Below, one piece after another: positions 1 through 11,124 of a DNA stretch of 64,000 bases (position 1 is its first letter; every line of letters begins with the position of its first letter). The position numbers were made by a program, and so were the translations under genes. The stretch is from Histomonas meleagridis 2922-C6/04-290x. Taxonomy: Eukaryota; Protista; Parabasalia. Location of the stretch: assembly GCA_020184695.1 (NCBI GenBank), contig JAANOX010000256.1, positions 1-64,000 of the forward strand, read 5' to 3'. The notes beneath the pieces are model-generated. The model saw nothing but the letters and a program-made list of their open reading frames with translations, searched no databases and was not told the origin of the DNA.

Positions 1-720
1 AACATCAATTCCTTCTTTATCTAAAAGTAATTTTACTATTTCAATATTATTATTTCTAACTGCTATATGAAGTGCTGTTTCAAATTATTAAAACATATTT
101 CAAATTATTAAAACATATTTCAAATTATTAAAACATATTCCAAATTATTAAAACATATATATAAAATTAATCAAATGAATATTTTTGCATTAACATCAAT
201 TCCTTCTTTATCTAAAGTAATTTTACTATTTCAATATTATTATTTCTAACTGCTATATGAAGTGCTGTTTCAAATGATTAAAACATATTTCAAATTATTA
301 AAACATATATAAAATTATTAAAACATATTTCAAATTATAAAAATGAATATTTTTTGCATTAACATCAATTTCTTTATCTAAAAGTAATTTTACTATTTCT
401 ATATTATTATTTCTAACTGCTATATGAAGTGCTGTTTCAGGTTATTTAAACATATTTCAAATTATTAAAACATATATAAAATTATTAAAACATATTCTAA
501 ATTATTAAAACATATCCAAAATTATTCAAATGAATAGTTTTTGCATTAACATCAATTCCTTTATCTAAAAGTAATTTTACTATTTCTATATTATTATTTT
601 TAACTGCTATATGAAGTGCTGTTTCAAATTATTAAAACATATTCCAAATCATTAAAACTTATTATAAATTATTAAAAACATATTCCAAAAATATTTAAAT
701 GAATATATTTTGCATTAGCA
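1..720 (-). repeat. Tandem array of ~170-190 bp units: ankyrin-coding block plus an 81-102 nt insert built from the 20-mer CAAATTATTAAAACATATTT
   Basis: Near-identical coding blocks at about 1-81, 184-271, 353-438 and 540-625; inserts at 82-183, 272-352, 439-539 and 626-707, each with about 3-5 partly degenerate copies of the 20-mer. Confidence 0.9.
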
Positions 721-1935
721 TCAATTCCTTCTTGTTCTAAAACATCTTTCACAAGTTCGATATTTCCTGATCCCGCAGCATATGGCAAAATATGGAATTT
801 GACTTTAAGGAAATATTTAACGAGATATAAATTTCCATTTCTTGATGATTGGTTTATATTATTAGCATTAACATTAATTCCTTTTTCTTCCAAAAATGTT
901 AAAATTTTATAATTATCTTTCTCAATACAAAAACTTACTAAATCATTAGTTTTATCTTCAGACATTTTCGGTATTGATTGTATTTTCTAATTTATTTTCA
1001 TAAAGATAGATAAAGATATCATTTTGATGGAAACTTAATTGCTGTTTCATATGCATCTTCAAATGATGAATTGTTTTGTTCACACAAATGAATAATTTCA
1101 AGATTTCCCACCTGCAACTGCATATTTACCTAGTATTTATTACACTTTGCACCATTCATAAGTAAATAGCAAAACATTTAACAGATCCAAAAAATGCTGC
1201 ATAATCAATTAATGTAACATTCTTTTGATTAATAAATGAACACCTTTCATAAAGTGATGGTTCAATTATTTGATTAAAATCAAAATTTGTTAGTGATGAT
1301 ATTTCTTGAAGTTTTTCAATTTCATCATTTCGAATTATTTTCGAAATTTCATTAGGATTAACTCCTTCTTTAATTAATTGCTCATGAAGTTTCCAATCCT
1401 CCTTTGACACCTCTTCATAATGCTCCATAAAGTATTTTACGATTGGACCAAATGCTCTGTGTGCGTGATTTTGGTTTTCTTCTTCTATTTTATAATGAGC
1501 AAAATATTTTGAATTAATATTTTTTGTGATATTTTTATCAATTAAATTTAGTTCAATAAAATTCTCGATTAAATAATATGATTCTTGTGCGTTCTTTTGT
1601 AGATATACGTTTGACAAAAGTGAAAGTGGTAATTAACGTCACTTTGATTAATTTCTTCTTCTTTGGGATTGAAGTGTAAAAATTTAAGTAAATATCAAAT
1701 AAATGCTTTGGTGATGAAAATGCATTATAAACGATGCTGCTTTATAATCGTATTAAATGTATAGGGATTATTTGAACTGGGCAAATAATTTTAATACTTT
1801 TTTAATGGAAGGCTGAATGTTTTCTTCGGTTAAACTGAATATAGTTTTCTCAAGCTCGATTAAGAATTTCAAGCTGGTTGATAGATTATTCGAATTTTTA
1901 TCTTCTGTATTTGTGGTAGCATCATTATTAGGCAT
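1..1935 (-). pseudogene. Disrupted DUF3447/ankyrin-repeat gene (trichomonad family); runs off the left edge
   Basis: ATG at 1935 preceded by Inr-like TCATTTTTCAT; MPNNDATT..LIELEKTIFSLTEEN ends at an early stop; ORF 1156-1617 has TLIDYAAFFGSVKCF, typical of DUF3447-type proteins; ORF 672-965 and 1-720 encode ankyrin repeats (ETALHIAVRNNNIEIVKLLLDKEGIDVNAK). Several stops and frameshifts. Confidence 0.75.
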
Positions 1936-4238
1936 ATGAAAAATGAGTTTTAACGGTTATAAAAACCACCCTGTTGGAAATACAGTAAAAGTGGAGAAAC
2001 ACGTTGGACAGCTTTTTGTTGCAGATGGCCAAAATTACTGGCTTATAGACGCTTAATAATTATGGCCGATGGACATTACTTGCTGTCCGGGTGAAAAGAG
2101 AGTCATCATAATTTTTTCAATCCATGGATTTCGTTTGTAAGTTATATTTATTGTGAATATATGTTGTTAAACTTATTTTGTTATTTATACTCTATATTAT
2201 ACACACAAAATAAAAATATTTCCATTTTTATTCATTTCCCATTTTTTCTTTTGTTGTTTGGTCTTTGATTACACCAAAAATGACTTTGGTTTTCCAAACG
2301 ATTATTTTTTGATTCAAAAAGTTGTATACCAATTTGAATTTATTTCGATTTTAAAATGGATTAACCGTTAAAACTCATTCTAATAAAAAGAAGCTTTTTT
2401 TGTTTTTTGGATACGTTATCGTGATTAAAATTTCAATTTATTGTATTATTAACGAATGCAAAAAATTAAATAATAATTATGTGTTGATTCTTTAAACATA
2501 ATAATGTTAAATAATTGATTTATTAGGTGGATGTGTGGATGGATTGTTCTAAACAAAACGAATGCGTTTTTGATACATTTCAATTTTCTCTTCTGAAATG
2601 TTCTGCTATTTCATTCAGGCCATCTGATTCATCACTTTAGTCGTCATCATTTTTCTTATTTGATTTTTCTTCAGCACTTCTTTCTATACATGTTACATAT
2701 TTTGTCGAATTTGAGTCCTTCGTCATCTAAATTCTGCATTTGGTTCTCATTATTTTATGTACAATTTCACGTCAATCATTTAGACCATGTCCATCTTCAT
2801 CATATATATTATCCAATTTGATATCATTATCATCGAAACTTTGTGTTTCATCTGTTTTATTATTTCTATATCTTAAATTCTCATTAACTTATTTACGTGC
2901 ATTACGTAAAAAGTTTCTCTTCATTAAGTGGAAAACATTCTGTAACTTTCTATATGCAAAACATTAATATACATTTATTAATTAATTTATTTTCTTTGAC
3001 TTTAATTTCCTAATTTGTACTAAAGCTAATTCCAAAGTTATATTACCAACTTGGGAAGATTAAACAAATTTCGGTTGAGAAATTAATGTTTATGAAAATT
3101 GTAATGCACAATGAAATACTTCTAAAGTCGGATTGGAATCAGCACCCTTAAAACATATTAAACAAAATTGCTCAAGATCTTCAGAGTTAACATTTTATGC
3201 AAATTTGTTGATGAAATCACTTGCAATAGTATTAAAATACATTCATCAACTGGTCCATGTGTTTTAAGTTCATGTTCTTTTAATGCTTCAACAACTTCTG
3301 GTAAGAAAATTTATCATAATTTTCTGTGTTTAGTATTTATAATAATGTTAACATTAATAATAACCGATAACATACTGTTGGTGCGATTGAGTTTCTGTTG
3401 TATTTAACGTTAATTAATACAGATGTAAGGTATAAATGCAAAAGGGTGCCAAATTAACTTTTTGTGAGAAAAATTTGAATTTAAAAAAACAGTTTCATGA
3501 TGAAAATGAATATGTTTTGAAAGGTATTTCACTGGGCTTGTTGCTATATTTGATGGCTATCGTTGCCACATTTGAATGATATACAATTTTATTGACTAAG
3601 TTTGTTGCGACGGACTTAGTGAAATTTATTTCAAAACCCATTCAAATTTGATTTTTTAAAAAATAGCACTTTTGCATTTCTGAATTAATTGTGATATGAA
3701 AAATACACTGAAAGCTTAATTTATAATTTTTTAAAAACTGTTCTTTCAATTTGGAGAAAATCGGTTTTTAGAAGCCCTGTGCTGAAAAATGTTGAACGAA
3801 ACATAAAAATCCCACAGTCATCTCCTTTAAACAAAAATTGTTTCAACTAAATTATGCGCACTCTATTCTCTTTAACCACAAAAGTATTTTCAAATTTAAT
3901 TTGAAAATGATATTGTTTTTCTAATACGCCAAAACAACAAACATGTATTCGATGAAAACCCAATAAAAAAGCTTTTCTTTAAATTTTTTTGATCCAAACC
4001 AGCTCTTCAGCACTCCCATTTCTTTAAAAAATCTATTCTTGAAAAAAACAGTTTCAATACTTTATTTTTCGATACACAAATTACGGTTTATATCGGTCTA
4101 AAGCTGATATATACACAAATCATATAATTCAAATCGATAAATTCATTAAAGAAACAAATATAAGTTAATACAAAAATTCAATTCGAATATTTCATTATTT
4201 GCCTTTTGTTTGTTTTTATTTTTTTTATTATCAAAACA

Positions 4239-4957
4239 ATGAATGTTTGTTTGTTTTTGGTTTTTATGGTTCATTCATTTGAAGTGTTTGACAATCAAAC
4301 AAAAACGCTCACAATAACAAGCGAAGAGGAATTCAAAACGGATGAAGAATTTATTCATCAGGCTTTGCACACCATAATAGGAGATGAAATCCGTGAAATT
4401 CAAGTTAATTTCTATTTTCTGAATGCAATCACACTTAAAATTGGCAATTCAATAAGTTCAATTCCTGGTGATTGTTTTAGAGAAAGTAGTTATAGGAAAT
4501 TATTTTTGGTTCGAATGTTAGCTCAATTGGAGAAGGTGCATTCAATCTTTGTTATTCCCTTAAGCAACTTGTTTTTCCAAATTCGTTAATTTCTATTGGT
4601 AGAAATGGATTTTCAAGATGTACTTCATTGACGAACATAGTTTTCAGAGAATGCCTCGAATCAATTGGTGAAAATTGTTTTACGGAATGTAGTTCACTTC
4701 TAAATGTTAAATTCCCAGACTCATTATCTATTATTAATTCACAGGCATTTTTCACTTGTACAAATTTAACAAAAATAATATTTGGGAAATATATAACAAC
4801 TATTAATGAAGCTGTGTTTGCTGTATGTATTTCACTCAAAAGAATAGAAATTTCAGATTCTTTAACGACAATCGCATCAATTTTATTTGCATTCTTAAGA
4901 ACATTGTTTTTATTGATTGCATTCTTCCAAAATTATGTGTTGTCACTAGAATTTTGA
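4239..4957 (+). pseudogene. Frameshifted BspA-like (TpLRR) surface protein remnant
   Basis: Overlapping ORFs 4206-4589 and 4628-4957 carry TpLRR motifs (IGNSISSIPGDCF, FPDSLSIINSQAFFTCTNLTKIIFG) in different frames. Confidence 0.7.
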
Positions 4958-5290
4958 TGTTCATCAGGTTAGAAGCTTAATTGAAGATAACTGGAACTAG
5001 TGTTGAAGATCTTCTGTGATATTAAAGAAGATGCCCAGAAGTCAAAACTAAAATTTGTGAATTTCTATGATTAAAAGAGACTTATCGAATGTGTGAAAGA
5101 GGGCCAATGATTTTAGTTACATCAATTTTCATTCCACTTCCAAATTAAGCAATTTGACCAGATATTTGTTTTACAAATTCATGCATTGAAGTTGAGTAAT
5201 AAGTTCCATGTTGGTCTTTTGGTAATAATGAAATTATGGGTAATACATATGCAGTTTTATGCCACTACCAGTAGGTGAAATCGAAACTAT
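4957..5290 (-). pseudogene. Decayed DEAD-box RNA helicase fragment (DBP8/DDX49-like)
   Basis: Manual minus-strand translation: ISPTGSG(fs)KTAYVLPIISLLPKDQHG (motif I), ILVLTSGHLL (motif Ib remnant) and VIFN*ASNLM (DEAD motif II remnant), in correct order and spacing, with stops. Confidence 0.6.
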
Positions 5291-5772
5291 ATTATATAAT
5301 AACATAATCTCTGTGTATTTATTGACAATTGTACAACAATAGAGTTCGATAATTCGATTTATTGGCATGATTTGTAAATAAAATCTGAGGTTTCGACTCG
5401 TTGTTGTAAAATTAAACTTTATTCGGTAAAAATGAATAGTCTATTTTGATACCCATTTAATTATTGTGCGGAAATCGAAATTTCTGTGTTGAAAATATGC
5501 GGTGTTTGCTTCCAATTCAATTTTTTTTTACTTTTTGTGTTATATTTTACGTTTTATCGTGCATTAATGGATGGATTTTGATCGTCTGACGTGATTGTGA
5601 CCCCCTTTATTTTTTATTAACTCATTTTTTTTTCCTTTTTTCGGAAACAACATAATAAACTTAAAGTTGATGTAGTAATGAAAAATATTTCGAAACCAAG
5701 GACTACATATAAATTTTTTCCAATCTTCTCTATTGATAAAAAAGTGGCAACCATAACCGTTAACATTTCGTA

Positions 5773-6971
5773 ATGCCGCCAAAGACGAAAGCACAAAAAG
5801 CAAAAATACAAAACTTTCAAACAGGAAACGAAAAAATTCACAATAGAAACCAATCTTTACTTAATTATCTACAGTTTGCTTATTTTATTTTGATTTATGG
5901 TCTTTCTTATAAACCAGTTGCTCTATGCAAAATAATATTAATCCTACTTCACATTCTACTTATTATAGGTATGTAGATATAGTTATCGATAAAATCATAG
6001 AATTGGCGAGAGAGTGTGCTGAATTTTGGGAAAATTTAATGCGACCGAACACAATAATTAGCCTAGAAAGTAGTTGGGACCACCGACGTAACGGTCGTCA
6101 TTGTATCGTTGCCTCAATTGAACAAAAAAATAAAAAAATTATAGATTTTGAAGTACTTCAACGATCAATTAATGCTAATCCAACAAATTACAATGGAAGC
6201 TCACAAAATATAAAGGTCATTTGCATAAAAAATCTGGCAGAATGTTTCAAGGACGATACAAGAATTGTCGGTTATTGCCATGACAACGATAGCGCTGTGA
6301 GAAGCTTAATGAAAAAAATATGGCCAATTGAAGAAATGTTGGAGCTTAATCACACCATTAAATATTTTGAGCGACATTTCATTAATTTTGACAAAAAATC
6401 TGATGGAAAACTATCAGATTTACAAATTCATCTATCTTGACTCATTGATAAGATTTTCATCATCACCTTTCGAAAAAGTTCGGTTGTGGATGAATGCTCT
6501 TGAACACTACAAAAAGAATCATGAAAAATGCATTCAACACAAACAATCAACATTTGAATGGAAATATAATGACGATTCGAATGCTTTTAAATGTTTACAT
6601 GAGCTTTTAGGAAAGACTTCATTTATTTTGAAAAATTGCCAGCTATCGGTTTCTACACAATTGAATGACCGTTATCGTTCAATTAAATCACACATGATGA
6701 ACAAAGAATTTGCATTGAGGAAAACAGCTTTGTGCCGATTATGTTGTGCTTTACTTGATTTTAACGAGATGAGTAATTGGAGATTGATTTTGAGTCAATC
6801 TCCAAACATTTATCACAGAATTATTCAAATCGAAAATCAAAGGAAATTGTTAAATATAGGAGATTTGTGGATTTTGAAAAAAAAATAAGAGAGCGAAGAT
6901 CACAATACAAAAGAAGAAATGAGAAACTAGATACATCTGATTATTTGGGGAAACCAGATGAATCAACTTGA
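5773..6971 (+). mobile_element. Kolobok-like (Mutator-related) DDE transposase remnant split over four frameshifted ORFs
   Basis: Motifs SLESSWDHRRNG, KIIDFEV, NYNGSSQN, YCHDND, LELNH, HYKKNHEKCIQH and CRLCCALLDFN resemble trichomonad Kolobok transposases; two putative catalytic Asp appear as Glu. No TIRs or TTAA ends found. Confidence 0.6.
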
Positions 6972-7402
6972 TTCCAATAAAAAATTGAATATTATCAATT
7001 TTCACCACTTTTTGAATTGATAAAAAAAAGAGGATTGGAAAAAATTCATATGTAGTTTTCAATTTCGAAATATTTTTCAATATGATTTTGATATAATAGA
7101 TCAAAAATGATTTGCTAAAATTCCTAGAGGATGGAATGTCAATTTTGTTATTCAGAGTTAAGATATTTTAATCCGTAAAAAAGTCGATTTATCGAAGATT
7201 CATATTACAATATATATAATAAATATTTTAACAAAAAGAAATGATATTCATTTACATCATGAATATGTTCATTTACGATATTTATGATGATATTAGATAT
7301 TAATCATGCGAAGCTGGAAGAAAAGATCCAAAATTTGTGGGAAATTGAATTCATCACAATGTGATCGACTTTTTGAATTCGAATTCTAAGTTTTCGATTA
7401 TA

Positions 7403-8654
7403 TAGTGGTCGACACGTCGGTTGAACTCTTTTTTTTTCTAAAAGCTATTATTCGAAATGTTTACATATATTTTCACAACTTTACATTCCTTTCAAAAGTT
7501 CGAATGATATGTTTCATTCAAATCGAAATGGTTTAATTGAAAATCATTGAAAAAGTTATTCTGGATCTCATAAAGTCTAAAAATCGTTCGATCTGGGGTG
7601 GCATAAACAATTCTCAGCCTCTTTGGAATACTCATGACAAGTCCGTTTATCGTTCGCCATTGGAGGGCTTCCCAAACATTTTTTACAATTTTTTAAAATC
7701 ATCAATGGTTTTATGCTGAAGTGCTTCTACTCTGGTTTCCATAAATGCCCAGACTACTTCAATAATGTTCAAGTCTGGGCTATATGGAGGCCAATCTTTC
7801 AAAATATTTATCTCCAATTCATTTAAAACGCACATTGTTTCTTTGGGAATATGAGGACGAGCATTGTCCTGCATGAATGTCCATTCGCCGATCCCGTACT
7901 TTTTATCTGCTTCTTCAATTAAATTAGAACCGAAAATTATTTGTTCAATATAATTCTCCGAGTTCAGTGTTCCTTCAATGATTACCAAGTCCGTTTTAAA
8001 TTGATATCCAATGCCACCCCATATCATAATTTTTGGTGAATGCGATTTTTGATTCGATAAAACTTCATTGGTTATTCGAGTTTTGTCAACCCAAACCCAG
8101 CGTTTATTTCGTCCCAAAATAAACCACGATTCATCAGTAAACACAGTTTTCAAAAAATTTGTATTATATTCAATATGAAATTTTGTAAATTCATATCTTT
8201 TCTGAGCTGCAGCTGGTGTGATATATACAGATCGAATTGGTGGTCTGTAAAATAGACCATTTTCCCTTCTATGCCTATTTACAAATCTACCTGAAATTTT
8301 CAATCCAAAAAATTCATATAATTCATGAGCTAATTTTTCACCTGATATATGAGGATCTTCAATTGTTCTGCAGTGAATGTACACCGAATGAACATCTTTG
8401 ATTTTTTTCTCATAAATTCTTTGCGTTGGCATTAGATTTGATAATGAATTATATATTGTATTTTTGGAAATATCTAAAACTTTTTGACTCAGGTTTATAT
8501 TCCCACCCAGCGTAATGTAAACGTGTCTGATGTATGCGTATCTTTGCGCAATAGGAATAGATTTTAAAAAACTTTTCATTTGACAAATACCGTTTATTAA
8601 TTTGTTTCATACAAACAGTGATTTTGTGAGGTTCAACCTCAATGTCTTCCACTA
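7403..8654 (-). mobile_element. Tc1/mariner-IS630 DNA transposon (~1.25 kb) with imperfect TIRs and TA target duplication
   Basis: Left TA|TAGTGGTCGACACGTCGGTTGAAC (7401-7426) vs right, reverse-complemented, TA|TAGTGGAAGACATTGAGGTTGAAC (8631-8656): 20/26 identical. Encloses a transposase. Confidence 0.8.
7492..8579 (-). CDS. Tc1-like DD35E transposase with one homopolymer frameshift near 7690
   Basis: VFTDESWF, IMIWGGI, FMQDNARPH, WPPYSPDLNIIE. Adding one A in the A6 run restores the C-terminus VWEALQWRTINGLVMSIPKRL to a stop at 7492. Confidence 0.85.
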
Positions 8655-9222
8655 TAAATTATCTCGGATTGAATGCCTCTCAATTTTGATATGAGGCATA
8701 AATTTATGATTTTACTATTTGATTTTCCGGTTATTCGAAGAAATAGTCGAAAAAAATTAATTTCCTTTATTTTTCATAATTATATACAATATATTTTTTC
8801 TGAATTGTCAAATGAATAAAATCTGCAAATCCTTCATATTCACATTTTAAAAATTTAATTTTGAATTGATATCTAGCCTTAAAGAAAGATGATTTATAAA
8901 ATACGTTATTTTGCCTTAACGTACAAAAATGAGTACAGGGTCGTATTTTTCGAACAAAACAAAGTGTTTTTACCATGTACTCTTTTTCCTTGTTTCAAAG
9001 CAATGTCAATTTGATACAGTCACTGTAATTCATAATGCGCAGCAACCTCTGGTTTCGTTAAATGACTTTTGAATGGATATTTGATTACGAATTTTTTGGG
9101 GGTGGTTTATTTTTTGCCAATAAAAAACCGTACCGAATTACAGTTTATTTCAAATTCAAGTAATTTCAATCAAATTCAATGTTGACAACTCAATTGTTGT
9201 TCAAACAAAAATTGATTTCACA

Positions 9223-10344
9223 ATGGGGAATAGTCCATCTCACTCTTCATCTTTAGTGTCTCCACCCGAAGCTAGTAATGATCCTGAACAGCTTCTATCT
9301 TTTAAGATGCTTTCAAAATTATTAAAAGAAAACGACAACATTGTTATTTCACCTTATTCTTCTTATGTCACTCTTATAATGGTAGCTTCTATATGTCCAG
9401 AATCCCCTCGAAAGCAAATCTTAGAAGCGCTCAATATGCAACCGAATTTAACATCCGAAGATATTCTTAATTCTCTACAAAATTTATCCAAAAAAATTGA
9501 AAAATCAACTGAAATTGTTATCCGAAGTTGCAACAATATTTGGCCACGAAAAGATAGTAACATAAATATTTTTCAACCACTAAAAGATTTTCTTGGTATT
9601 GAAGTTACTCCTGTTGAATTTCCTCAACCAGGATGTGATCAAATCAATCAAAAAGTATTCGAACTAACAGAAGGATGTATCAAAGATCTTCTTCAGCCTT
9701 CAGATCTAATTGATTGTAAATATGTAATTACAAATGCACTTTACTTCAATTCTGATTGGTTTCGTCAATTTGATTGTGATTGTACTAAAGAGCGAACATT
9801 TTATTTTTTTAAAGGCAAGCAACAAACTGAATTTATTACCCAAACCAGAGATTTTATGCATTACCAAAATACTGACTTCCAAATTCTTTGTATGGATTAT
9901 TCTGATGATGATTACTGTATGTATATATTTCTTCCTAAAAGTAAAAGCATTAATTCCTTTATTAAATTAAAAGATACACTTATATTATATTGTGGATATT
10001 ATATCAAGCAACTTAAATGTGAAAAAGTTATTGTGAACTTGCCAAAGTTTAAATACGAATGGGGAACACAATCTCTGAAAGACGTATTAATCGACTTAGG
10101 AATTAGTGAAGTTTTTACACCTAAAGAAGGACAATTTTACATATCCAATATATTACAAAAGGTATTTATTGAAGTAAATGAAAAAGGGACAACAGCAGCA
10201 GCAGCAACTGCTGTAGTTACAATGGAAACTGCATCAATGATTTCGAGTGAACCTGTTTCATTCAATGCTGACCATCCTTTCATTTTTACAATAGCAAATA
10301 AGAATGGTACAATATTATTCGCTGGTTCATTTCAAAAACCTTAA
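9223..10344 (+). CDS. Serpin (serine protease inhibitor) with predicted N-myristoylation
   Basis: ISPYS, ITNALYFNSDW, LPKFK, EVNEKGTTAAAAT hinge and FNADHPFIF; N-terminus MGNSPS. Confidence 0.93.
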   Translation: MGNSPSHSSSLVSPPEASNDPEQLLSFKMLSKLLKENDNIVISPYSSYVTLIMVASICPESPRKQILEALNMQPNLTSEDILNSLQNLSKKIEKSTEIVIRSCNNIWPRKDSNINIFQPLKDFLGIEVTPVEFPQPGCDQINQKVFELTEGCIKDLLQPSDLIDCKYVITNALYFNSDWFRQFDCDCTKERTFYFFKGKQQTEFITQTRDFMHYQNTDFQILCMDYSDDDYCMYIFLPKSKSINSFIKLKDTLILYCGYYIKQLKCEKVIVNLPKFKYEWGTQSLKDVLIDLGISEVFTPKEGQFYISNILQKVFIEVNEKGTTAAAATAVVTMETASMISSEPVSFNADHPFIFTIANKNGTILFAGSFQKP

Positions 10345-11124
10345 ACCATGTAATTGGTAAACATTTAATCTAATGATTTTAGAATAATTACATACGATTT
10401 AAAAAAACTTTTATTTGATTATTAATTTTATCAAGAACTGAGAGGATTATAAACTTTTTTTCTGTTATTTTATGATACGAGAAAAAATGGATTTGTCTAA
10501 AAGCATTTTCAAATTCACAATATTATTAGACTGCAATGAAAAAGGTGTTGGCCAACACCTCAGCATAACCCAAGCCCACACTGTAGTATTACTCATAGAG
10601 AACATATTTAGTAAGATATATTTACCAAATTTTTTTCAATTTAATTTTGTAATTTTTGCAATACTCCTGTTTTCACTAACTTCACTGAGGAGAACGTTAA
10701 CATGAAACAATATAATTTCTTGATTCTCTTTGCATATTTTAATTAATTCATATTCTTAGGATTGAACATATGTCAATATTTCAATCTGCTAACAAAATAT
10801 ATTAACATATAGATTTATCTATATTTCTATTCTCTGTCTACAGGTTTCACGGCAGTCTAAGTATTTTATATTGATATAAAAATAAAGAATGAAAGAGTTT
10901 ACCATTGGTTATTATAATCTTGCGATCTAACCTTGAAAACCTTTGGTAATGAAGAAACAGTTCGTTGAAAAAAGTGAAGTAAGCAAAATCATCGTCTAGT
11001 CAAATTTTGTTGTAATATATTCAAAGGGATTATTCATATTCAATTATTTGAATTGTGATTTAATTTTCTGAGAAGTTCATGGCCATGGTTTAAAACCAAA
11101 TTCAATGACCATACCAGATTTTTC

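Noticed and set aside
1-720. CRISPR-like repeat-spacer array
   Set aside because: The repeats encode ankyrin, the spacers are self-similar 20-mers rather than unique sequences, the host is eukaryotic and there are no cas genes.
2450-3400. Degraded helical-protein coding fragments on the minus strand
   Set aside because: Protein-like stretches between stops, but no identifiable family.
8449-8652. ORF upstream of the transposase as its true N-terminus
   Set aside because: It starts at a GTG inside the TIR and has no transposase motifs.
9015-9027. TACAGTCACTGTA as a Tc1 excision footprint
   Set aside because: A 13-bp palindrome is too short to distinguish from chance and longer than typical footprints.
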